NCBI GenBank assembly: GCA_008632985.1
Contig: QPGO01000367.1
Coordinates: 1 to 38,125, forward strand
Direction of reading: 5' to 3'
Origin: Psammoneis japonica
Taxonomy: Eukaryota
Length of the DNA: 38,125 nt
Each line of letters opens with the position of its first letter. Positions within the stretch are counted from its first letter, which is position 1. A program made the translations under genes and the position numbers. Below, in pieces: positions 10,951-22,300 of the stretch. The notes beneath the pieces are model-generated. The model searched no databases and was not told the DNA's origin. It worked only from the letters and a program-made list of their open reading frames with translations.

Positions 10951-13654
10951 ATGAAGTTCTCCCCTCTCTTCTCATCTGCCGTTTCAGCTGTTTGGCTCTC
11001 TGCAACCGCGGCACAGCCATGCACCTGTGAGGTGCGGCGCAGTGGTCCCTGCACAAGCGGCTGCACTGGCCTTGTGAGGACCACGGGTTTCATCACGGTT
11101 GACAAGCTTGGAATGCTGAGCGAAGCTGACTTTGTTGACTGGAAACTCACTTTTGACAGCTCAAACACTGCAAACACCATGTTGGTTCCTTCCAACAGTG
11201 AGATCTTTTTAAATCTTGGAGGTGCTGGCTCCGCAGAGGCCAGTCTTTCCAAACTGACCATCACAATTCCGCCAGATGCAAGCACATTTTCGATCAGAGA
11301 CACTGTTGATGATCCATGCCACGTCTTTTGGTGACTTCAATTGACTGAACTTGAGGTCTTAACAGGGACAAGCGAGTTCTTGACCAATGCCCCCGACAGC
11401 TCCTCTTTTGCTGACCAAGCGTTCACACAGTTCCCAACTGGTGAGCTGTTGGTGGTTGCTCTTCCCAGCACAACAACGCCAAGGTGCACTTGTGAGGTGC
11501 AGCGCAGTGGTCCCTGCACAAGCGGCTGCACTGGCATTGTGACAACCACGGGTGCCATCACGGTCAACAAGCTTGGAATGCTGAGCGAAGCGGCTGGAAA
11601 CTCACTTTTGACAGCTCAAACGCTGCAAACACCATGTTGGTTCCTCCCAACAGTGAGATCTTCTTAAATCTTGGAAGTGGCTCCGCAGAGGCCAGTCCTT
11701 CCAAACCAACCATCACAATTCTGCCAGACACAAGCATGTTTTCGATCAGAGACACCGTTGATGATCCATGCCGCGTCTTTTGGCAACTTCAATCAACTGA
11801 ACTCTCCGTCTTAACAGGTGCAAGCAAGTTTTTGACCAATGCCCCTGACAGCTCCTCTTTTGCTGACCAAGCATTCACACAGTTCCCAACTGGTGAGACA
11901 TTGGTGGTTGTTCTTTCCAGCACAACGCCGTCACCTGCTCCAGTTCCGACACCTGCTCTGATGCCGTCGCCTGCACCAGCGCCCACCCCAAGACCTGTGC
12001 CTGCTCCGATGCCGTCGCCTGCACCAGCGCCTGCCCCGAGCTCTGCGCCTGCTCCAACAGCCATTGCCCACCCCTGCTCCAACACCGTCACCTGCACCAG
12101 CGCCTGCCCGAGCCCTGCACCTTCTCTGACCCCTGCACCCATGCCATCTCCTGCGCCGAGTCCTGCACCAAGTCCAACTCCAGCACCTGCACTGAGTCCA
12201 ACACCTGTGTCAATGCCTTCACTCACCCTTCGGAAAGGCGCTTGTTGCCCACCTGCAGATTCCAACAAGTGCTGCTTCAAGGGGATGTTAGAAGAGTGCA
12301 CTCTAAATGGCAGAACATTCCAAGGCAACGGCGTTCTCTGTAGAGACGCCGTGTGCCCTGCCTTGCCTCCTACGACGTCTCCTGCTCCGGCTCCTGCCTC
12401 AGCTCCCACTGCCCCGGGTCCTGCCATGGCACCGACCACACCGTCTCCTGCCAAGCTTCCTGCCCTCTGTCACCAACAAAGTTTGATCAAAGTCCTGGTG
12501 CATGTTGCACCTTGTTTGGGGGATGCCAGTTCCTTTCACAGGAATTGTGCAAGTTGGGTTGTGGCACTTTCACTGAGCCCGGAATCAACTGCTCTGACCC
12601 AGATGTCAATTGCCCGACCAAGGGAGCTTGCTGCACGGACGATGGATGCAAGGACAGTCACTTCAAGAAGAAGTGCACCAACAAAGGTGGCGAGTTCCAA
12701 GGATTTGGTAAAAAATGTGAGCTCGGTTTGTGCCCGACTGAACCGCCAACCCCGGCTCCATCCACCCTTCCACCTGCCTCAAAGCCCACCGTCACTCCTC
12801 CTCCGACTGGAGCATGCTGCGATGTGGAAGACGATAAATGTGAGCAAACAACTGAAGAAGATTGCAGCACGGGCGTCTTCCTTGGACTTGGTGTCAAGTG
12901 CAAGCCCGGCATTTGTCCCACTGGGACTTCTCCTGGAGCGTGTTGCCTCAAATCTGGAGAGTGCCGATTCTGGTCTCAACGCACGTGCGCTGCCAACGGA
13001 AACTTCTTCTTGGGCCCTGGCACTTCCTGCAGGAATGTGGTGTGCCCAATCAAGACTCCAAGCCCAACCCCCACTCCTGCCAAGAAAGCACTCAGAGCCT
13101 GCTGCTTAGAAAGTGGTCTTTGCCGCAACCTCATTCTGGCCAATTGCTGGAAGAAGCATGGCAAGTTCATCGGTGCAGGTGCCAAGTGCACTGAGGACAA
13201 CAAATGTCCCATTGGGCCATGCGGCAAACCCGGTGCTTGTTGTCTGGTTGAGAAAAGACAGTGCAGGACTCTCCCAGAGAAGAAGCGCAAAAAGAAGGGT
13301 GGACATTTTGGGGGTGAAGGTGTCAAGTGCAGCAAGAAAACATGCCCTGCTGCACATGGTGCCTGCTGCTTGCCAAATGCAAACTGTGCAGTGTTGAAGA
13401 AGACCACTTGTGTGAAAAAGCACGGAAAGTTTGTCGGATTCGGCACCAAGTGCAAGAAGAAGACATGCGCCTCCAAGCCAGGTGCCTGTTGCTGGAAGAA
13501 TGGCAAGTGCATGATGTTCGAACAGTCCAAGTGCTGCACGCGCAGAGGCAAATTCGTGGGAGCCAGTGTCAAGTGCCGCAAGAACACATGCCCCAAGAGC
13601 CCTCATTGCAAGCAGTCTGAGTCTGAGTTTGAGATGATGCACATCTTGGTTTGA
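10951..13654 (+). pseudogene. Disrupted gene for a secreted/surface protein: signal peptide, two tandem ~150-aa domains, Pro-rich (SPAP) linker, multiple 'GACC' Cys-rich repeats
   Basis: ATG at 10951 (MKFSPLFSSAVSAVWLSATAAQP). In-frame TGA at 11332, a frameshifting deletion near 11590, and a frame change near 12470-12510. About 9 repeats of 'GACC....C....C....G.f.G.g..C....C'. Stop at 13652-13654. Confidence 0.8.
11020..11925 (+). repeat. Tandem ~465-bp domain duplication inside the Cys-rich pseudogene
   Basis: tgcac.tgtgaggtgc.gcgcagtggtccctgcacaagcggctgcactggc at 11020 and 11485. The units stay alignable to ...cagttcccaactggtgag..ttggtggttg.tctt.ccagcacaac. Confidence 0.93.
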
Positions 13655-14283
13655 CAAAAAACATGTCGTTGTGGGAAGAGTTCCCAAGACTTGTAATTCT
13701 TAGTCATTTGTTGCAATGTGATGAGCAGTGCATTTCATCTCCTTTCCATTTGATCAATGGTGCCTTGTGCTTGCAGTGTAAAACATTCTGTTGCTCTGCA
13801 TCCTTGACATGAGACAGATGGGACTGAGGATGTGAAGGGAAAAACGCTGATGAAACTGAGCCCGGTTTGTACATTGGGTCTTAGAACGCAGCTTCATTTG
13901 CAGCCCTTGCGGTGTGAGTTGGCAAGTGACCCGAGTGGCATGAAAGTTTCACCCTTCGATAAAAGCGAGACTGTTGTCCTCTCCAGCTTGCACTGCACCA
14001 TAGACCGCTGCACTCATTTTCAGTCCTGCCGCATCCCGTGTGACAACACTGCAACAAAAGCCCCTGTTCCATGCACAGCGGCATTGTCCTTTGGCTTGCA
14101 CCATTGCATTGGACTGTCACACACAATCTCAATTCTAGTCTTTCCAGCTTAAATTGACAAACAATGGCTCTGAATGTTTTCCCTTGCAATGAAAGGAGGA
14201 TTGTGGTCCTCCAATTTGTGCGGTGGACCTCTTTGCATGCAATTTCAGGCCTGTCCATTTGGTTTGAATTAACAACAAAACTG

Positions 14284-15800
14284 GACCAGCAGATGGTCAA
14301 GGTCACCATGAATCTGTCATGCAAAGTGCATGTCTTTGTGTCATTTAAATTCAAAAGTGTTGTCACCAGCCGAAGCAACGCTTGCTTGCATGCCTGCGCA
14401 ACAACATTTCTTGTTGGGTGCATGCATGAGGACACCGGCTGAAAAAGCTTTTGAGTGTTGAGGATGCACTGTGGATTTCCAATGTGTTTGCAACAACACA
14501 CAAATTCCTCCAAAATCTTGTTGGAATCTTCTTCCAGAACAACATGACAAACATCCATTGCAAGCTTCTCAGCCTCTTCCAGCATGGATTCCTTTTTTCC
14601 CAGTTCCCCTTCTGTGGGCCAAGTTTGGAGCCAAAGGCTTTGACAGCCTTGCCAGTGTCAATGCCCTCTGTGGCAAAACAAGAGTCCACCACATCGCCAA
14701 TGAAATGGGCAAGCAAGCGTGGATGCAAATGATTTGAATGGGGGGTGTGACTTTTGAACATGCTTTGGATGCAGAAAGAGCTGGAGGGACAAAGACAACT
14801 GCCGCCAAGTCATGGAATGACCAGATGTGCAGATGCTCCAGCATCAGTTCCACCCAAGTTGACTTGACGCAATCCATGCAGATTGTGTCAGCTGTGATGG
14901 CACCCTCCATCAAGCAGAGCATCAGTTGGTCATTGTCCAAGTTTTCAACACAAACGCATTTGACAGAGTCAAACCACTCCTGGATCACGCCCACCCATGA
15001 GACAGCCCACAGTCTCCAAGAACATGATGCACTGGAGCCAATTGTCTGCATGAATCAAGTGTTCTTGTTGGGATTTTGACAATGACAAAGAAGTGCTTGG
15101 TGATGCTTAAGATGGCAACAGCTGCTCAGCTGGTGCTTCTGCTGCTTCAGAATCCAGCTTGCTGTGGTCAAAATTTCAGACATTGTGGCAGACAACATCC
15201 TTGAGAGCATCAAAACGCCCCCCTTGTGCAGCAGCATTCCCTGTCTCTGATGCTTTCCCACATCCTTGGTTGTTTAAACTTCAAACATTGCATCTTTCTG
15301 GCAACGGCATTGAAAATGTTGAGAATGTTGCAGCAATGCTTGAGGACAGATGTGATGTGTTGGTGCCCCTTGCTGTGCCCCCCCTGTGCTTGCGAGCCTG
15401 TTCTTGGTGATGATGAGCACTCATGCAAAGACAATCAAAGATGGGCTGGCCCGTGACAACAAGTTTTGTGCATTTGTCATGTCATGCTTTGCTGCTTTTT
15501 GTCTTGACACACTTGGCAATCCTCACACTCTGTTGCACGACTGTTTCTGTGCCACACTTGCAATCGTCAACAGACATCAGGCAACAACCTCAAGAGGGAG
15601 CATTTTGGCAAGTCCATCTCAAAAGGCATCCACAGCCCTCTTGCAGCTGGCATGGACCCCCTTTGGTTGATGCTGTTGTTGGTCAGATGATGGCTCCTTG
15701 TTCTTGCCAAAGCCAAAGTCAACATCTGGGGCTTTGTTGTTGTTGCATTGGATTGGTCATCCATCACTTTTGAACTTCTTTTTCCTCTTTGAAGTTGGCA
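14284..15800 (-). pseudogene. 3'-truncated, frameshifted, hypermutated copy of the DUF6604-like gene (equivalent to 6685-8285)
   Basis: Residual peptides MLEEAEKLAMDVCHVVLEEDSNKILEEF, DNDQLMLCLMEGAIT and KAFGSKLG match the 910-aa protein but are spread over several frames. Tyr codons have become Cys/His codons. Confidence 0.95.
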
Positions 15801-18080
15801 TCAGCTGGCTAATGTCAGAAGATCTTTGGCAGCTTGTGGCATGCTGCATTTGTTGCAACAAAGCAATGATGTTGTCCCCATTGTGTTGGGAGTCATTGGT
15901 CACAGTTTTTGTTTCACTTCCATGGTTTTGGCATGCATGAGAGGAGGTGGGTGCATTGGCTGTGTCACATGATGTTCACACTGTTTCTTTTTTCAGAGCA
16001 GCCAGGTGAGGCAGGTGTGTGGTTGATGCTCTGATCAATTCCATCCTGTTTTGACCACCACAGCCTTGTGGGAACATCTGGGCATTCTCCAGCTCATCAC
16101 ACTCCTCTTCACACATGATTCCTGTGTGCAGAGGCAGAAAGGAAAAAAACAGCCAAAAAGAAAAGAGGGCAAGGGGGGGCAAGGATGCTGCTGCCTTTCT
16201 GAGAAAGAAAAGCTCTCTTGCTCAGGGTGCTGGTCAGCATCCTGCCAATTCTGATGTGCTGTGTGCAAAACATTCATTTTCATTTTTTGCAGTGCATTTT
16301 GTGATGAACAGCAGTCTCCTGTGCCCCCCTGCAGAGAGAGCTCAGTGCCTTTTCTGTCTTGGACTTTTTATGAGCCCACACTTTGGGCTCAAAGCAAGAG
16401 CAGAGAAGCTTGTGCACACAAGCAAAAGTGTCCCAGCTGTTGTGGTGTTTTCTCATGCATGAGTTTGCCTTTGAAGATTGCCAGCTCACAGTTGGAAATT
16501 GCACAGAGTTTGCACTTTCAAAATCTGTGCACACACTTTGTGCATTTGACAAGCTGAAATTTGAGTCTTTGCAGACTTTGCGTTTGTGATTCCACATTTT
16601 TTGCAGGCTCCACACACTCACAATTCTGTGCTTCCTGTGAGCTCTGCATTTGCAAGCTCAGTGCCAAAAATTGAGTTTTGAGCATGGAGAAACCCAGAAG
16701 ATGACAATCGCGTTGGCTTGTGCATCATTTGAAAGAACATTTCCATTGAAAAATCCATTTTTGATGCAAGCACCCAACCCTGAAAATTTTTGAATGTTGT
16801 GGTGCAAGGCTTTCCCAAGCAACACAAGCTGCCGTATGTGCCACATAAAATTTCTGCTGTGTGTTTGCATGGTGCCTGTCACAAAAATCTTTGGCTACAA
16901 AAGGATGCTCCTGGTTGGTTGAGCTGTGATGAAAACAGCGGCACACTCTTTTTTTCATTGCATTGCTTCACAAATCCTTTCATTGACAACTGCATGAACA
17001 GCCACCAGACAATGCAGTCAAAAGTTCTCAGCTTTCACTGCTGAAAATGTCTGGGATGAAAAACCTGACTGGGTGCTGGCCTCTGTGCTCTGGGGCATGA
17101 CTGAAGTTTTCTTGGCAAGCAACAGTCCTCAACAAAGAGAGCAGCAGTCAACTCTCCATCAGCCGCTGGTGACAGATGGCACATGTGCGGCTTTACAACG
17201 AGAGCTCATGGGGCCTTCAGGCTGTTCAATCTCTTGATGTCAATTGCTTCTTTGAGCTGCAAACAGTGTGCACATGCCACCCTTGTGCCATCAAATTATG
17301 GTGACATGATGAAAGTGACCACCAGCAGGGCTTTGGCAGCAACAGCTGCTGAGCACCACAAGCAGCAATGGTGGGAGATGGTTTCTTTTGGTGTGGTGCA
17401 TGGCAACAAACATCCAAAGTGGTTGGTTGCACACATGCACATGAATCTGTCAGAGCACACTGAACATGTGCATTCATTCATTAGCTCTCAATCCTCCACT
17501 GTTGAAAAAGCCATGCTCCAACATTTCAAATGGACTTTCCCGATGCAAACAAGTGAGAGTGGCTCCATTTTGCTGTGGCAAGGCACCATTGTTGCCACAG
17601 CTGTCAAGTTCTAATCTTCACTGCTTGCACTCCTGTTTCTTTCGTCAAATTTGGAACAAACCACGCAGCACCGCTAATTGACATTACAAGCTCACACAAA
17701 TTGGAAGCAACAAGAAGCAATGCATTCGCACATGTCATCTCGATCGCACTGTAGCCACAAAACTGCAATTAAAACTCTAAAACGTTGACTATTATGTATA
17801 AATTAGTATGCAGTTGTTCCGGTAATGTACATGGTGAGACTTTTAACATCACTTCCCACGCAACACTATTGACTCACGCATCAAAAAGTCCTACTGTCAC
17901 CTTGCTCTGCGTTTTCAGTCCGTATGGCATTCTAAAGAATCAAAGAACACACACAAGAGAGTAGCACCGACATATTGACACGTCAATAAGAACATGTGTT
18001 CTCTCCTTTACGTACCACACACACACACATCACAAGAGTTGTTTCCTTTTTCTTTCTAAGGAAACACTTGGTCCGCAGCC
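14284..18080 (+). repeat. Segmental duplication, copy B
   Basis: Same anchors as copy A. It has extra segments near 15976-16110 and ~17050-17500, and only one unit of the 102-bp repeat. Confidence 0.88.
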
Positions 18081-18906
18081 AAGTCGGTCAAAAACATGTG
18101 ACCCGGGCTGTGCGTAATGCAAAAGGGGATTTTGGATTCCAAAATAACATTTTGAGGCGTCACTCCACACGCATGAAAGACGGGAACCACGTCGGGTGCC
18201 ATCAAGGTTGGTGGTGGCACGCCCCAATCCGGCTTGTGTAGATCCAAAATTCCAATCGATGCGGGACATCCAATGCAAACGGGTGCGCCGTGCGCATGGG
18301 GATAGTTGGATGTGATTTCAACCTCTTTGGAAATCCATGATGCGGGAATCAATCGCATGCTCACGACAAGATTGCCCTTGAATGTTCCGGCGGGGCGACA
18401 CGCAATGTTTGTCTTGTACATGGGAACATTCGAAGAGAGCAGTGTCCTGGGTAAAACTCCGGCTTGCTGAAGAGCATAGTCAAAGGAAAAGGAACAACCC
18501 AACAAAAAGGCAACCCCGTCTTTTGGCCAGTAGTCCTTGACATTGTAAACTTCTTTTTCTAGCGCTCCATTCTTATAAATTGCGTATCTTTTTGCAAAGA
18601 AAGTATTACAGTTCGCAACTTAGCAAAACATACGGCGGTAAAGAACAATTACAAGCATCTCCTTTTTCTTGCAATAACTACTCACTTTGGAATATCCGTC
18701 TTTAGGTCAGCATTCTTGGCAACTCTGGAATCGGGAATGCTTGTGTCGGTACAAACTTCAATCAGAGGACACGATTTTGGATTTCGTTGACAAAAGAGCA
18801 AAAAATCAAAGGCATATTCCTTGGGCAGGACCACCAAGTTGCATTGTAATTTCCCCGGACAAATCCCATTCGTCGAGCTCGTGTATTCTTCTTTTCGAAC
18901 AGACAT
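18056..18906 (-). CDS. DUF1445 family putative hydro-lyase / D-glutamate cyclase-like protein; exons 18906-18686 and 18587-18056; true start uncertain (may lie up to ~19142)
   Basis: Motifs G..Q.NLVVLP..AFDFLLFCQRNPKSCPL, DLKTDIPK|Y, FLLGCSFSFD.AL, NVPMYKTNI.CRPAG.F.G.LVVSMR, HGAPV.IG.P, PVFHACGVTPQ and ITHSPGHMFLTD. A 98-bp GT..AG intron (18685-18588) joins the two ORFs in frame. Confidence 0.9.
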
Positions 18907-19379
18907 GCGAAAGTCATGTGTATTCTTCGTAAAGTCTTCTTTTTGCTCTTGTTTATTATTATTGGTTTCTCCGTCATCATCACTCCGGTTTTCTCGATAC
19001 AGTTGTTTTGTTCTGTTTCGAACGATGCTTCTTGTTTCGTTAGCGTTAATTTCTGAATATCATAGGAACGAGTATGGGTGTTGGTTGTGACAACCTCTAC
19101 GGGAGCGTTCTCGTTCATGATATCAATCATGGGAGGCGTCATGGTATGGCAATTCTGCTTTCTAGTTGGCGTTGATTGCCAACATTGTGACAGCGAGGGA
19201 GAGAGCGTCACGGAATTCTTTCTCGCTTCTCGTCGCCACGCACTCGCCAACATTGAAATGTATACAGACATTAAAATGAAAAATGAAACATCAGCTAACG
19301 TCACAGGAAACTTAAGATTTTCGGCGGATGTGCTGTTCTGCTGTCTGTCGCATCTTTGAATGAATGATTAAATGACAGA

Positions 19380-22300
19380 TGATGTGATGTGATGGATGGT
19401 TGGGCAGGGCAATGGTTGGTGTGGTTGGTGTGGATGGATGGATGGATGGATGGATGGATGGATGGATGGATGGATGGATGGATGGATGGATGGATGGATG
19501 GATGGATGGATGGACAGATGGATGCGGAATGTGGAACATCGCTGCATGAAACAGGGGACACTCTCTGTCATGTGTTGACACATTGTGCACATGAGTGGCA
19601 GAGACAGAAAGGGAGAGGAGCTGAGCAAGAAGACAAGAAGCTCTCTCTTGTTTGACAAGACCCACCACAGCTCCTCAACAAAACAATGTCTTCAAAGAGG
19701 CTCTTCTTTTGCAGGAGCACCCAGTGCTCTCACAGCACTCAGCCCTTCTGGTGTCATGTTGATGATTGCAAGAACCTGTGCAAAGAGTTTGAGAGCACAT
19801 TCTGTGTGTTGAAGAAAAAAGCAGAGCTCTCTCGGCATCACTGACTCCAAGAACTCTGGGTTTTGTTTGGTCACAGACCATCTTCAACCAATGACGCTGT
19901 GCACTGTGCATGAAGGGCAGAGGGTTCTGCACCCCAGACCCACATTGTCTCTGCAAAAGTGCAGAGAGCTCCATGCCTGTCTGGTGTGGAAAAGCTGCAA
20001 ATGTGAAGCACCCTTTCAGAACAACTGCTTCTGCTGTTTCTGGAGATCTCTGTCAAAATTGCCCATCCATGGCATGGACAGATCATTGAATTTCACATGC
20101 CTGGCACAGTCATGGAACATCCACTCATGGATCAGCCCAGAGAAAAGCAAGAGAGAAAGAAGTCACATTTTGTGAACAAGAGGGGCTGGCTCCAGCTCAA
20201 AACATCCACCTCACAACCCAAGTCACAACATCTGGCCTCAGCAAGACAGATTCAAACAAAGCTTGAAATTGCCCTTGTCAGTGTGCAAGGAAGGTCTAAC
20301 ACTTGGTGCCAGGTTTCCTTCCTCAAGCAGTGAGAAAAAACAACAGCAAAAATGGGGTCAAACGAAAGTGCCCCCCAGCAGCTTGTGAGATTGTTGCAAT
20401 CCTCATGGGCCCAACTGGGGGCTTGATGCTCTGTCCAATCAAGGAAATTACAGGTGGTGTTTCTTTGACAGTCTCTTTGATCCCAACCTGTCTCATCATG
20501 ATGTTTGCATTTCCAAAGCTCCACACCCATGTTGGGTCTGAGGCAAAAGCTCCCTCTCACTTGTTGCTGCTGGGCCTCAGAAAAGCAACAGCTCAACATG
20601 TGACCAGCCTCTGGAGAAGAAAGCCAGTCATGCCCAAGTGAAACAAGATCTTTTGTCCCACCATCACAGCTTCAACAGACCTCAGACAAGTTGAAGATGA
20701 CTGAGTGTGCACAGCATGATGAAAAGATTGTTGTTGTCCAGTGCACCTGTTGGGTTCTGTCTGTTCTTTTGGCTCTTCTCCCAGAAATTGGATTTGTCAG
20801 CACGTGACACTTGCCTGTCAACTTGCAACTGTGGAGGCTGCTCCTCCCAACCACCCATCATGTGGGACAAAGAGAGACATCTTCCAGGTTCTTGGGAGCC
20901 TCCCATCCAAGAATCTTCCCTTCAGCTGCTCTTCAAAGATGTGAATCCCTCAATGACCCCTGTTTCTAAGAGCATGGGCAATGAGCTGGAGTCATCCAAT
21001 GCTTGATGGTGCTTTTTTTGCTGTTTCTCTAGCTGCAAAGGCACCAACAATTTGTGGCATGGATTTCTTGATGTCATGTTCTCTTCTTGACCCTGAAGCA
21101 TGAAGCTGGCACGGGCAAGTTCTTTGAAATCTTTGTGGGTGGGCACCAGGAGCACCTCTTGCTGCAGGGCAATGCAGCTCTGGTTGTTCTGCAACCATGT
21201 GGTGACAACACAGCATTTGCAGTGCCAGCACTTTGGACACCCCAAGCTGCTTCTTTCAGATTGTCAATCAATTGTGCCCATTGCCAGGGCACCTCCTGTG
21301 TGATTTTCAGTTTGTGGCAGCTTGATCTGCATGATTCAGAGCATGAGTTGCACCAAGTGCCCAGCAAGGCTGAACTTTGCTTGAGAATGAGCTGTTGTCA
21401 ATGACCAGCATTGTCATTGCTGGCTCCCCAAAGGAACACTTTGCAATGTCTTAAAAAAATTCTGCACCACCACTTGCTGCAAAATGCTCTGTCAACATCC
21501 ACAAAGACACAAAATGCTGCAGCTTTGCAGTGTCTTGAGAGTTGCTCTCAAGGAAATGAGCTTCTTCTGCCAAGACAATCACAACAGCAATGCTCTCTCC
21601 TGCCAAAACCCTTGTCAACCCTTGTCAGCTCTCAAGCATGGATTCCTGAGCACTGTCAAAATGATGATGATCACTGCCACCTGAACAAGTCTTGAGCCAC
21701 TTGTGGAGCAGCAGCACATGGGGTTTGACTGTCAAATTTCCATTTGCAGCACCCAATTTCCAGCAACCTTCTTTTTCAACAACACATGCTGTCCAGCATG
21801 CCTGTGTTTCACAAGCCTCACAAACCTGGCAGGTCTGACAAAATGCCACTTGGTCAACTCTCAAGAGCTGGGGGTCCACAAACTTGAGCAAGATGATGTT
21901 GAGGGGCTGCAGCGAATGTTGTGTCACCCTTGTCAGCATTGTTCTACATTTGCACTGTTGTCTTGCCAGCAGTTGAAGTCAGCAGTCTGCTTGGAACAAA
22001 AAAAGGTTGCACTCTGCAATGAGCTGGAGAAAGCAAGAATTAAAGAGTGGCCAGCTTTTAGAAGACCAGCTGTTGCCTGTTTTCAAAACCCAGGTTTGCA
22101 GCCAGTGGGCACACAATGGATTCTCCAGTTGGTGCCATTGATTGAGCATCGTTTTGAGAGACAGCACTTGCACTGGTTTGCTTTTGCTGGCTCCAACTCT
22201 GACATCCAGATTCACAAGCTGCTGCAATGAAGCCAGATGGTCATGAGTGCTGGGAAGTGCATTTGGACTGTGCTGATGACACTCTGATTGTGCCACACCA

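Larger units (their letters stand above)
8460..17680. other. TpA- and CpG-depleted domain 2 (~9.2 kb) containing two pseudogenes
   Basis: Near absence of TA and reduced CG. Alignment to homologous sequence outside the domain shows TA->TG/CA and CG->TG/CA changes. Confidence 0.9.

Noticed and set aside
11020..13654. Repeat arrays as CRISPR or satellite
   Set aside because: No constant repeat with unique spacers. These are coding-domain, Pro-rich and Cys-rich protein repeats in a eukaryotic context.
14284..15960. Classical fungal RIP as the cause of pseudogenisation
   Set aside because: RIP raises TpA and lowers CpA/TpG, and usually hits both copies. Here TpA is removed, and only the part inside the domain is altered.
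19301..19668. ORFs with MDGW / PSIH repeats
   Set aside because: They are translations of the (TGGA)n microsatellite.
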